Shown: in pieces, positions 39,205 through 48,125 of the stretch | Layout: every line of letters starts with the position of its first letter | How positions within the stretch are numbered: position 1 is the stretch's first letter | Position numbers and translations under genes: made by a program | Virus record (IMG/VR): IMGVR_UViG_3300005731_000013 | Coordinates: 1 to 64,000 of that record | Length of the DNA stretch: 64,000 bases | Reading direction: 5' to 3' (one strand) | From: a virus | Notes under the pieces: model-generated | Database searches by the model: none | What the model saw: the letters and a program-made list of their open reading frames with translations, nothing else | Told to the model about the DNA's origin: nothing

Positions 39205-39369
39205 GTTAATATTTATCCGGATCTCTTATTTCAATGTCTTAATTTTCTTGTTTTAACATATGACAGGTTAAATGTTTCTGTCCTAATTTGCCATGAGAGC
39301 TGCTATGTAACTCTTTACCAGGCATTGACTTTAATTGGAGTTTTGACTCAATTAAATTACGATAATGCA

Positions 39370-40458
39370 TCACAAAACTCCAATTGGCATAGGACGACGA
39401 AGATCACTATCATCAAAACTATCTTTCAAATCATCAAATGCTTCTGGATCGTATTTTGCAACTTGCATCGCCATTCTAACAGCCAACAATGTTGACATAA
39501 CCAAATCATCTGTTTCGCCTTCTTTTGCTGCATAGCTATTGCCTTTTGCAACAAATGTTTTAAGTTCACGAGTTAAATTCTTACTACGGATTTTCATGGT
39601 ATCTTCTTCAACCCATCGCTTTAACTTTGCACATGCAGCTAGTTTTGAAGAATGTGTTGTGTTGAATCCTTTACGGTAACGTTTAACATTACCCCGCCGT
39701 TTCGGCTCGCTTAAGAACACACCTGGAATGTTTTCTTCGCCCATCTCCTCAATAGAGACTAGTGCTGCCTCGCCTAACGTATTGTTTTCAACTGAATAAT
39801 AGATTTCACTATTGGGTGCTGACTCTTCTAACTCTTCTAAAATGCCACGCATGATTTTAATTTGACTTTGCACTGTTGTTTTGTTATGCTGCCATTCACC
39901 AATTTGTTTCATCCCAGGGATTGCATAAATTTGAATGGCAGATGGGTCGCCACCTGTACCTAAACTAGGGTCAAGTGACACGATGTAAGTCTGTCCATCT
40001 TTGATTGTGTCATACCAACGCACCTGTCCTGAACGACGCATTGGTTCCATACCTAAATCCATATCAGTCAGGAATAAGGCGCTAATAAGTGTTTCATCAA
40101 ACGCAATAAATTCGCAGTTTGAAACTAAAATATCATTGCCATAAAATCTATTTCCGCCGTCAACACCAATTAAGTCATATACTGCTTCGATTCGACCAGT
40201 ATATTTTGCTGCTGTCACTATTAATGGATCACCCAAAGCTGATACTTTATCACCAACTTTAAATAAATCAGCGGATCGTTTGTTCCCGTCAACATCATAA
40301 ATTTCATGATTATCAGTGCATTCAATAAATTGACCATTATCAAAATCAAGACGGTATATGGGCTTATCACCCATATATGATATTCCTTTGAAATGTTGAT
40401 AACCATTATGGGTTAAAATTTTTAACCCTTTTGTGTTTTCTTTAAAAATCTGAGTCAT
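39370..40458 (-). CDS. terL: Terminase large subunit C-terminal (nuclease) fragment preceded by a split-intein C-part
   Basis: 114-aa IntC then CEFIAFDE..SLDPSLGTGGD..SVENN..ETDDLVM; start set at ATG 40458. Confidence 0.9.
   Translation of the reverse strand: MTQIFKENTKGLKILTHNGYQHFKGISYMGDKPIYRLDFDNGQFIECTDNHEIYDVDGNKRSADLFKVGDKVSALGDPLIVTAAKYTGRIEAVYDLIGVDGGNRFYGNDILVSNCEFIAFDETLISALFLTDMDLGMEPMRRSGQVRWYDTIKDGQTYIVSLDPSLGTGGDPSAIQIYAIPGMKQIGEWQHNKTTVQSQIKIMRGILEELEESAPNSEIYYSVENNTLGEAALVSIEEMGEENIPGVFLSEPKRRGNVKRYRKGFNTTHSSKLAACAKLKRWVEEDTMKIRSKNLTRELKTFVAKGNSYAAKEGETDDLVMSTLLAVRMAMQVAKYDPEAFDDLKDSFDDSDLRRPMPIGVL
40117..40458 (-). mobile_element. Atypical split intein IntC (114 aa) of TerL
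   Basis: MTQIFKENTKGLKILTHNGYQHFKGI...IECTDNHEI (block B)...VYDLIGVDGGNRFYGNDILVSN|C. Confidence 0.9.
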
Positions 40459-40466
40459 GCATATAT

Positions 40467-42029
40467 TTATGCATGCCATACCCATTTGATTTTTCCTGAA
40501 TCCCAGGTACGTAAAATGCCAGCATTGTTAGTCATTTGAAATTCTGTTAAATCATCTGAATAATATTCAGGCAATTTGTTTTTAATTCCTTTACGTGTGA
40601 AATAACTACAATGTCTCCATTTATTATCATACAAGTATCTATATGTTGGGCGTTGTTCTTCAATTTTTGTAAACCCTGTTTTTTCATATAAGTCACCAGT
40701 AAACCAATCATTCATTGAAAATGATACTACTTTATCGAATTTCAATTCGTTCTGTGCAAATTTAAAAGTTTTACTGAATAGACCTGGATGTGTATATTCA
40801 TCTGTCACCCACCGTTTTAATTCAAAATGTTGATTGCGTGACATACCAAATGACATTACACCTATTATTCGATGCATTGCATCAAATGCCGCAAAATGCG
40901 TTCCTGCTACATATCCTTGAAGGTGATATTTATTTAAAAAAAGTTTGGCAGCCTTACCTGAAATTTTATCAATTGTTGCTTTTCTAGCAGGGACGCCACG
41001 ATTCTTTAAATTCAATGAAGATTGGATCATTCTTTTGAATTTATCTTTATTATTATTCCAATCTGTCTCCCAAATCTGAATTAATCTTATTCCTTGATTG
41101 CGGGCTGAGTTCCATTTGTCTTGATGATATTTTTTATCTCTTTTTAAATCACTATGCCAATAATCGCCATTCATTTCAATTGCAAGATTATGACTTGGCA
41201 TGTAGAAATCCAATTCATAAGGAGGTATAATAGTTCTTATATTTTGATCAAATGTCACATTACAGTCATTCAAAAATGTTGCCATTTCCTGTTCTAAATA
41301 TGATGTTTTTAAAAATTCTGTTAAATTATGTTCGTGAATTTTTCGAATGATTGTAGATTTATTAACGCCAATTTCTTGAGCTAACTCACGGATAGATTTA
41401 GTTGTCAGTTCATGTTTTAGATTTGATTTATCTGATAAAATTAATTGGTATTTTGTCTCAATATGCTTATTATTGAAATGTGAATTTCCATATCTATCGT
41501 AATTAGTCTGAATTTTTTTATGCTGTATCGCTGCACTTAAAGATGGATTTTCAACACCATAGTTTTTTATTAAAGTCTCTGTTTTTCTTTGTTTTATAAT
41601 ATCACATTGTGACGGATTTTCAACACCATATTTGGACAAATTAGTTTGAAGTCTAATTTGTTGACCATGTTCAGTTTGTGAATGATATTTGACTCCAAAA
41701 TTTTGTAATGAGGTTTGCTCTTTTTTCAGCTTGACTTCAGAAGAATTATTACTGCATTTTGAACTACAATAACTTCTATAATTACCTCGTTCAGTCTGAT
41801 AGTGCGGGTTAACCACATTGTCCCATTTAACAGGTTGATTACAAGCAGAATTCATACAAGTCAACACACTATTATGTCCAGACATCAAATGCCAAACAAT
41901 TTGTTTGGGTGTAGCATTTATCTGTATTTCTTCATCTAATACTGATAGATCGTATGATTTTAATAATGAACGAGCAATCCTTTTTTGAGCATATAACTTT
42001 TGTAATTCAGACTGATTCATAATAATCAT
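40467..42029 (-). CDS. Free-standing Hef/Vsr-like homing endonuclease between the two terL halves
   Basis: C.NSAC, YCSSKC, TNLSKYGVENP repeats, HTH, ELDFYMPSHNLAIEMNGDYWHS, GNAT-like C-terminus. Confidence 0.88.
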   Translation of the reverse strand: MIIMNQSELQKLYAQKRIARSLLKSYDLSVLDEEIQINATPKQIVWHLMSGHNSVLTCMNSACNQPVKWDNVVNPHYQTERGNYRSYCSSKCSNNSSEVKLKKEQTSLQNFGVKYHSQTEHGQQIRLQTNLSKYGVENPSQCDIIKQRKTETLIKNYGVENPSLSAAIQHKKIQTNYDRYGNSHFNNKHIETKYQLILSDKSNLKHELTTKSIRELAQEIGVNKSTIIRKIHEHNLTEFLKTSYLEQEMATFLNDCNVTFDQNIRTIIPPYELDFYMPSHNLAIEMNGDYWHSDLKRDKKYHQDKWNSARNQGIRLIQIWETDWNNNKDKFKRMIQSSLNLKNRGVPARKATIDKISGKAAKLFLNKYHLQGYVAGTHFAAFDAMHRIIGVMSFGMSRNQHFELKRWVTDEYTHPGLFSKTFKFAQNELKFDKVVSFSMNDWFTGDLYEKTGFTKIEEQRPTYRYLYDNKWRHCSYFTRKGIKNKLPEYYSDDLTEFQMTNNAGILRTWDSGKIKWVWHA

Positions 42030-42045
42030 ATTACTATCATTTTAG

Positions 42046-42948
42046 TTATTTGTCAATGGTTTCAAACAGATCACCAATTGTCTGATCATATTCGCCATTT
42101 TCATCCATTAATTTCAATAGTGTATTGTATGTCAAACAAAGGTGTTCACGACGGAATCTCTCATCACCAATCTTTTGTTGTTCTTCATCTGCCCATGCCT
42201 GGTCTCGATCTGGGTGCTCTTCCCACGTAACAATATATGGACGGAATCCATTTGTTCCGACTTCTGTTTCATTACCATAATCATCAAGGCGTTTATTAGC
42301 CTGCTTCCAAATTTGAGCAAATTGGTCATCATCTTGGTTAGGCGTAGAAGTGATAATACATTTACCACCTGTAGATAGAGTTGGTGAAATAGAGGTCCAA
42401 AATTCCTGCGCAACACGAGGTGGTACAAACGCAAATTCGTCCAAGTAAACTAGCGAAAGTGACAAACCTCGGCCTGTGTTTTCTGTAGTAGCCTGTGCAA
42501 TAATCTTGCTACCGTTGTCAAATTCAATGCTACCTTTATTATATGCAGTAACACCTGCACGAATATGATCTGGGCAACTTTCATACATGTAACGCAATCG
42601 TGTCATGATTTCATTTGCACCATCACGTTTATGTGCAGCCACAAGAATTGTTTTATCAGACTGAAACATTGCAAACCAAAGTAAGTATGCAGCCGCACAT
42701 GTTGATTTACCAGTTTGCCTAGAGAGCAAACTGATTGAATATCTGTAATCGTTATAGGAATTAATCAATCCTACTTGATAATCATATAACTCGAATGGCA
42801 TACGACCTTTAGTAGGATGTTGAATATAACAATAGTTACGGATAAAGTGCAACGGATTGATTGAACATAATGCCAATTCTTTAAGTTGATGTTGACTGAC
42901 CGTTTCTTCTTGGTATGGTTTTTTGATTAAGTCTGTATTGACAGCCAT
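42046..42948 (-). CDS. terL: Terminase large subunit N-terminal (ATPase) fragment followed by a short split-intein N-part
   Basis: LYDYQ, SRQTGKST, GRGLS, YLDEFAFV, ITSTPN, FRREHL, then 30-aa IntN. Confidence 0.92.
   Translation of the reverse strand: MAVNTDLIKKPYQEETVSQHQLKELALCSINPLHFIRNYCYIQHPTKGRMPFELYDYQVGLINSYNDYRYSISLLSRQTGKSTCAAAYLLWFAMFQSDKTILVAAHKRDGANEIMTRLRYMYESCPDHIRAGVTAYNKGSIEFDNGSKIIAQATTENTGRGLSLSLVYLDEFAFVPPRVAQEFWTSISPTLSTGGKCIITSTPNQDDDQFAQIWKQANKRLDDYGNETEVGTNGFRPYIVTWEEHPDRDQAWADEEQQKIGDERFRREHLCLTYNTLLKLMDENGEYDQTIGDLFETIDK
42049..42138 (-). mobile_element. Atypical split intein IntN (30 aa) of TerL
   Basis: CLTYNTLLKLMDENGEYDQTIGDLFETIDK then stop: block A only. Confidence 0.88.
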
Positions 42949-43770
42949 TTATTTGCCTAGATTCGAATCTTCTTTAAACGCATTATATTCATTCAACATT
43001 GATTCATCAGTGTGGCTTTCTTGAACAGATACTTTCATTGCCTCTGCATTCAAATAACGACGCAATGAATTATCAATTGTTTCACCATCTGGTTGTTCTT
43101 GATAATTACCACGATCTTCAACATCACCAGCTACTGAGTTTGACCATTCACGCATTTGACCTTGTTCCGTTCGGATATTCATTCCGCCATTCATAGTTGT
43201 ATAACCTGGTTCGATCTGTGGTTTCATACCTTTTTCTGCATATTTTTGCATCAAATATTCTGCTCGTTGATCTGCTTCTTCTTTTGTTCGTCCCAAAGCC
43301 ATAGCAGTAGCTCTGGATCCTTCAGGCTTGTTATGCGTAGCACGCCATTTATCATGTCCAATAAAAGTAACCTTTCGCATATAATTTGCAGCATGAACTC
43401 CAATAGATTTACTTGGGTCAAAATCAACAGTTTCTTCTGATACCTCATCTTTGTCTATGCGTTCGTTATGCTTTTTCATATCAGTATCAAATTGTTCATC
43501 TAGATCATAATGTAACATCATTAAATCATTAATAAGTGCTTTAATTTGATCTGTTGGCAATCTGTTTACTTGGTCTTTTAAATATGATTCTGAATCAGAT
43601 GTTAAATAATTATCTATGATTTGATCGAATTCAGCTCTGTCTTCTTGATTCACAGATATATCTAACTCTTCAACATATTCGCCTGCTGTTTGACCATCAA
43701 TATCATATGATTCAGTAATCAACGTCGGGACACCTGCTAGCTGGCGCAATCTATTTAATTCAGTTGTCAT
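42949..43770 (-). CDS. Acidic probable head protein with RLRQLAGV motif
   Basis: MTTELNRLRQLAGVPTLITES. Confidence 0.6.
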   Translation of the reverse strand: MTTELNRLRQLAGVPTLITESYDIDGQTAGEYVEELDISVNQEDRAEFDQIIDNYLTSDSESYLKDQVNRLPTDQIKALINDLMMLHYDLDEQFDTDMKKHNERIDKDEVSEETVDFDPSKSIGVHAANYMRKVTFIGHDKWRATHNKPEGSRATAMALGRTKEEADQRAEYLMQKYAEKGMKPQIEPGYTTMNGGMNIRTEQGQMREWSNSVAGDVEDRGNYQEQPDGETIDNSLRRYLNAEAMKVSVQESHTDESMLNEYNAFKEDSNLGK

Positions 43771-44285
43771 TTGCTTTCCTTATACTCAGTATTATGTGTT
43801 TTCTGTTCTTTAGTAAGTTCGTTAATAAAGGTTGATTTAAATTCTTCACCATAGAAATCTGTAGCTGTTGGATTTTCTACATCAGTATATGCGTCATCAG
43901 TTAGTCGGACTGAGTATTTTTCATCCGGAAGTTCTTCTGATTCATCTTCAACATGCAACGGTTCCATTTTATTACGAACAATCATAAAGCGTTCATGAAT
44001 TCCCATCTTTTGTGTTAACTCTGCTAGTAATTGTAAAGGTGCGGCAGGTTGACGTGTTTTGAAATCAATCATATATATTTCTGCTGCATCAATACTACGG
44101 AAATCACGTGGGTTACGTTGGATAATTGTTTTCTTCGGCGTTGTAATATCAAAGCCGTCATATTTACGTAGGTGCAACTCCAAGGCGTCGAGTTGCTCAT
44201 CTGTGGCGTCACAAGCAATTTTAAGACGGAATTCATGCACCGTTTCACTTTCTGCCAAATATTGACTTAAATCTTTTCTCATCAA
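43767..44285 (-). CDS. Hypothetical late protein
   Basis: MRKDLSQYLAESE..HEFRLKIA; TAAATA and AGGAG upstream. Confidence 0.65.
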   Translation of the reverse strand: MMRKDLSQYLAESETVHEFRLKIACDATDEQLDALELHLRKYDGFDITTPKKTIIQRNPRDFRSIDAAEIYMIDFKTRQPAAPLQLLAELTQKMGIHERFMIVRNKMEPLHVEDESEELPDEKYSVRLTDDAYTDVENPTATDFYGEEFKSTFINELTKEQKTHNTEYKESK

Positions 44286-44339
44286 GAGTCTCCTATTATT
44301 ATATATTTATGCGGTATGTTCCAAATACATCATATCAAC

Positions 44340-44873
44340 TTATGACTCTTCATCTCGTTTGATTCCAGCCAAGATATCATCTAATATATCATTTCGAGTT
44401 GCAATTACACGGCCTTCTGTTTCTTCAACAGTATCTCCATCATCATTATTTTTAAGGTGGCGTTTTTTCAAATAGTCCAATTTCTCGTTTTCATGTTCAA
44501 GTTTGGCCTTTTGTATTTGCAATTTTACCATCTCTAATTTTTTTTGAGCTTTATTGGTTTTTGCATTCAATGCATTTGACATCATATTGCTAGCTGCATT
44601 AAAAATATCAGCTGCATGACGATCTTCGACATTTTTACCTAAATCTACTAATTCATCAAATGTATCCATAGCTTTTTGTGCATAGTTATCATAATCAACA
44701 TCAACATTTTGCAGGCCTCCGACTTGTGGTAATGCTGCATCGATCTTATCTGCCCGTTCCATTATGGCATGCATTTCGTCTTCATTATAGACTTCGACTT
44801 CATGCACCTCTTCTTCAATCTTATTCATTGCAGGAAGGTCAAATGTCTCTTCTAATTTTGTTCTAGATGCCAT
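44340..44873 (-). CDS. Possible terminase small subunit
   Basis: Helical/coiled-coil 177 aa near terL; LVDLG.NVE..HA..IF..A; TRNDIL C-terminus. Confidence 0.45.
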   Translation of the reverse strand: MASRTKLEETFDLPAMNKIEEEVHEVEVYNEDEMHAIMERADKIDAALPQVGGLQNVDVDYDNYAQKAMDTFDELVDLGKNVEDRHAADIFNAASNMMSNALNAKTNKAQKKLEMVKLQIQKAKLEHENEKLDYLKKRHLKNNDDGDTVEETEGRVIATRNDILDDILAGIKRDEES

Positions 44874-44890
44874 GACGGCTACTCCTTATT

Positions 44891-45445
44891 TTAGAAATTA
44901 AGTGGTGTTACTTGTATTGCAGGGTTATTAATTGTATATATATTATTTTGAGGATTAAACATTCCATCTATTCGGATAATTTTATTCCATCCAGTTACAA
45001 ATGAATTAATATCCACTGCCATTGCTATTTCAATTTGCCAATTACGAATTTCTTCAAATTTCATTATATTATATAATCGGACAAGATGACTTGGGTTGAC
45101 TTCTTCTTGGCTTTGAACCTCTATATTATAATCAGTCAACAAATACCAAAAATCATCGTTTGTTTTATTAATATAATCTAGAAACTTAACAGCTTTATTT
45201 GTTGTTATTAGCTTATCCGTGGCTTCTCTAGAATTTACTAAGGTTAACTTCGATGGATCAATTGAAATAATTTTGCTACCGTACGATTTGGCTACATTTA
45301 TGTCAGGACTGAAATAAATGCCAACTCCTTCTAGATTATTACTTGTATCATGAATCATCCATCTTATATCTAAGTGTTTGGTCCCAAAATCATCTCCATG
45401 ATATAATAGTTGGGGATTTTCTAATAAATGTTGATATCTCATCAT
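44891..45445 (-). CDS. ADP-ribosyltransferase-fold protein
   Basis: LLYHG...EGVGIYFSPDINVAKSYG. Confidence 0.6.
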   Translation of the reverse strand: MMRYQHLLENPQLLYHGDDFGTKHLDIRWMIHDTSNNLEGVGIYFSPDINVAKSYGSKIISIDPSKLTLVNSREATDKLITTNKAVKFLDYINKTNDDFWYLLTDYNIEVQSQEEVNPSHLVRLYNIMKFEEIRNWQIEIAMAVDINSFVTGWNKIIRIDGMFNPQNNIYTINNPAIQVTPLNF

Positions 45446-46269
45446 ACTCTCCTAACATCAAACATATCGCGAATATCACTGTGCCAAAATTTCCCTTTAC
45501 TTGGGGCTTTTAGCCATCGTTTAAAGGTGTTAGGCAATACATTGTGAATACGATATTGCCGTCCATTGTTTAATGTCATCATAACAGAGTTATCTTCATA
45601 AGTTAAATCTGCAATCCAACTTGACATAACCTCAACTTCTTCTATCTTTTGTGTTTCGCCCAAGGTTTTTGTTACTGTGACCATCTCCAATGCATTAGCA
45701 TATTTTTGTTGATGATTTTTGCTACGTGAAATCATTTGTTTAATATCTTCTTCACTTCCTAAATGCACTTTCTTTTGTCTGTCAGTTTCAATCTTAACAA
45801 ACTTTTCTCTAGGTTTGTGCCAAAAATAACCACGGTGCAGCATAAAGATTCTCTTCTCTGCATTATCAATAAAATTTTGCTGTTGAATCATAACTTGCTC
45901 CATTTTATCGTATGTATTTTGATCTACTTCAATACGCTTAACTGTTGTTAACGGAATTGGGCCTTTTGCGATTTCCTCACTTTCCCAACGAGCCTTATTT
46001 CCTGTTAGTGTGTCATCAGTATTAGATCCTGCTGCTACACGCTGATCAGCATATGGTGTTAATTTGTGTCGTTGCTTCAGTTCATCGCGATCAAACACAA
46101 GTCTTACTTTGTCATGTCCTGGTCCGCCACCTGGTGCGTGGTGATAATTTTTGTCTCGCGTAAGGGAGACACGTTGACCTTTGCCAACTTGGCCATCGTC
46201 AATTATACCTAGCAATCCATAAACGTCTGTGTTGTGATATAGCTCTGTGGCAAAATCGCCAAGTCTCAT
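45442..46269 (-). CDS. ART-like domain fused to a C-terminal KTSC domain
   Basis: ELYHNT..VSLTRD..RLVFD..WESEE; VMSSWIADLTYE....MTLNNGRQYRIHNV....FKRWLKAPSKGKFWHSDIR. Confidence 0.65.
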   Translation of the reverse strand: MRLGDFATELYHNTDVYGLLGIIDDGQVGKGQRVSLTRDKNYHHAPGGGPGHDKVRLVFDRDELKQRHKLTPYADQRVAAGSNTDDTLTGNKARWESEEIAKGPIPLTTVKRIEVDQNTYDKMEQVMIQQQNFIDNAEKRIFMLHRGYFWHKPREKFVKIETDRQKKVHLGSEEDIKQMISRSKNHQQKYANALEMVTVTKTLGETQKIEEVEVMSSWIADLTYEDNSVMMTLNNGRQYRIHNVLPNTFKRWLKAPSKGKFWHSDIRDMFDVRRV

Positions 46270-46742
46270 TTCTTTTTCCTCTTAGTGCCTTTGCGCGGAC
46301 CGCGACGGGCGGTTGGTTTCTGTGGATTATTGAAGATATCATGTTCAGTAACAATACGGAATCCTATTCCTTGTTGTTTACAAAATTGACGTGCATAATT
46401 CCATTTTGCTTCATTTACAACTGCTTGTGCTTTATCATATTGTCCTTTGGCTTCGCCCATCACCTGACTGCTTGGCTTAACTTCAATCATTTCAGCGTGT
46501 CGTTGGCCATTTTTATCATCATATATGACAAAAAAATCAGGAATGTAATTTGACCGTTTTCCAGTAATAGGATGGATATATGGGATACGGTGGCTTTCGC
46601 TTGCCCATCCTATAATATTTGGATGATTATCAAATAGTCTCATCATAGTCAATTCCCATCCGCTTCTATATGTAGGCAAATGTTTCCCTAAATATTTTTC
46701 TGTATTAATTGGTTGATAAGATCCTTGTTGATAATTTCCCAT
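46266..46742 (-). CDS. Head completion nuclease (T4 gp4-like, TnsA fold)
   Basis: YRSGWE, WASE..RIPY, YIPDF, IEVKP, VNEAKW, FRIVTE. Confidence 0.9.
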   Translation of the reverse strand: MGNYQQGSYQPINTEKYLGKHLPTYRSGWELTMMRLFDNHPNIIGWASESHRIPYIHPITGKRSNYIPDFFVIYDDKNGQRHAEMIEVKPSSQVMGEAKGQYDKAQAVVNEAKWNYARQFCKQQGIGFRIVTEHDIFNNPQKPTARRGPRKGTKRKKK

Positions 46743-46743
46743 A

Positions 46744-47388
46744 TTATTCGTCTCTATATGTATACACTGTCACATCATCTGAAAAATCACCGTCGTAATA
46801 AACTTGCACCTTTTCAGGTTGAAATGTTACTGTTAGCATTGCAGGATTACTATCACTATAATCTAACGTATCACCTACAATGTCAGTTATTAAAGGATTT
46901 TTCAAAACAGTAGTTCTAATAAAATCATTATGTCCAGGCTGGACTATTCTAATATCTGTAAAAAAATTACGATCACTTGTCGGTGTATATCCGGCATCAG
47001 ATGACAATACATCATTAATAGTAGATACGCCCACATGTAAGTCTGTCTGCTCTATCCCTAAATTGTCATTATAATAATGCTTGATATATCTACGTAAAAT
47101 TCTGAACCATTCACTATCATATGTGTCATAAAATGAAATAGTAATCGGACTATAATTCATTTTTGTTTGCACTACTCGCTTATTATTATATTGATTTGCA
47201 ATCATAGTATCGAAATTGAAACTCGGTGTTGTGACAGATGCCACACGATCAATTATCGTATATGTGCCGTCATAAATTGAAAACCCCAAAGTAAATTGGA
47301 ATTTTTGACGTGGCACTCTTACTTGCTCTGCATCACTACGATATGTTTCTTGTGCAAAATTACGAATAGCCATATATATCTCCTTCAT
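46744..47388 (-). CDS. Tail tube-like protein (gp19/gp48/gp54 fold)
   Basis: PRQKFQF, PSFNF....NQYN, YSPITISFYD, LDYSDS....TVTFQPE. Confidence 0.7.
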   Translation of the reverse strand: MKEIYMAIRNFAQETYRSDAEQVRVPRQKFQFTLGFSIYDGTYTIIDRVASVTTPSFNFDTMIANQYNNKRVVQTKMNYSPITISFYDTYDSEWFRILRRYIKHYYNDNLGIEQTDLHVGVSTINDVLSSDAGYTPTSDRNFFTDIRIVQPGHNDFIRTTVLKNPLITDIVGDTLDYSDSNPAMLTVTFQPEKVQVYYDGDFSDDVTVYTYRDE

Positions 47389-47402
47389 ATATTTAGTCAG
47401 AA

Positions 47403-47431
47403 AAGAACCGTAGCAAAATCTACGGTTCTTT
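47403..47431. terminator. Terminator after the tail tube gene
   Basis: aagaaccgtag-caaaat-ctacggttcttt. Confidence 0.75.
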
Positions 47432-47438
47432 TAATATA

Positions 47439-48044
47439 TTAAACTGTTGAGCCTGATTGTGTATTGGTATCAACATTAAATGTTGGGTCACTCAATGTAT
47501 CTAAGCTTCCAACATAATGTGCAGCGTTATCATAACGCAATTGAACTGAGATAGATTGATATTCACCACCACTTGCATAGTTTGTTTCATTGTATGCTAA
47601 ATTCGAAATATAACAGCCACTTAGAACCCATGTATCCAATACCGTTGGATTCGGATTAGCACCATTAAGGTTTTCAATAGCTATTTCAAATTTATAGCTA
47701 GTTCCTGCTTGTGGTGAGCTTTGGTTTGCCATATCAATTTGTTTTGCAACTTGTTGATCAAGCAATGTGCTGGTTGCTGATGTAATGTCATCACGCAACT
47801 CAATTGTCACTGGGTCCCAGGTATGTTTTCCTGCCAAATAAATTCGTGAGTTGTATGTGTCTACAAGAACTTCATCATGAGTCATATTTGGGCGGGTGAC
47901 ACTTATAACGTTGTTTGTTGCAACTTTTGTATCGCCTGAACCCATGTTGATAAAGTTAACGCGGAAACGGTATTGTAGTTTAGGCATAAGTGTTCCGCTT
48001 GACTCTCCATTAACTGGAACACTCAATTTATCTAATACGGCCAT
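47439..48044 (-). CDS. Tail tube protein (gp19-like)
   Basis: PKLQYRFRV, YLAGKHTWDPVTIELRDD, WVLSGCY, LRYDNA. Confidence 0.88.
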   Translation of the reverse strand: MAVLDKLSVPVNGESSGTLMPKLQYRFRVNFINMGSGDTKVATNNVISVTRPNMTHDEVLVDTYNSRIYLAGKHTWDPVTIELRDDITSATSTLLDQQVAKQIDMANQSSPQAGTSYKFEIAIENLNGANPNPTVLDTWVLSGCYISNLAYNETNYASGGEYQSISVQLRYDNAAHYVGSLDTLSDPTFNVDTNTQSGSTV

Positions 48045-48077
48045 AATGATTATCTCCTAGTAAATATTTCATATAAG

Positions 48078-48085
48078 TATTTATA
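48078..48085 (-). promoter_or_regulatory. Late promoter TATAAATA for the tail tube gene
   Basis: Exact T4 late consensus on the minus strand. Confidence 0.7.
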
Positions 48086-48089
48086 AGAA

Positions 48090-48118
48090 TTGACAAAAAA
48101 ATCATTCTAGTTTAAAAT
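48090..48118 (+). promoter_or_regulatory. Sigma70-like promoter for endonuclease 48126
   Basis: TTGACA-17 nt-TAAAAT, ending 7 nt before ATG. Confidence 0.65.
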
Positions 48119-48125
48119 CAAAGGT

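Noticed and set aside
40459-42045. Group I intron interrupting terL
   Set aside because: The endonuclease ORF fills almost the whole gap, leaving no room for a ribozyme core, and protein-splicing motifs explain the junction.
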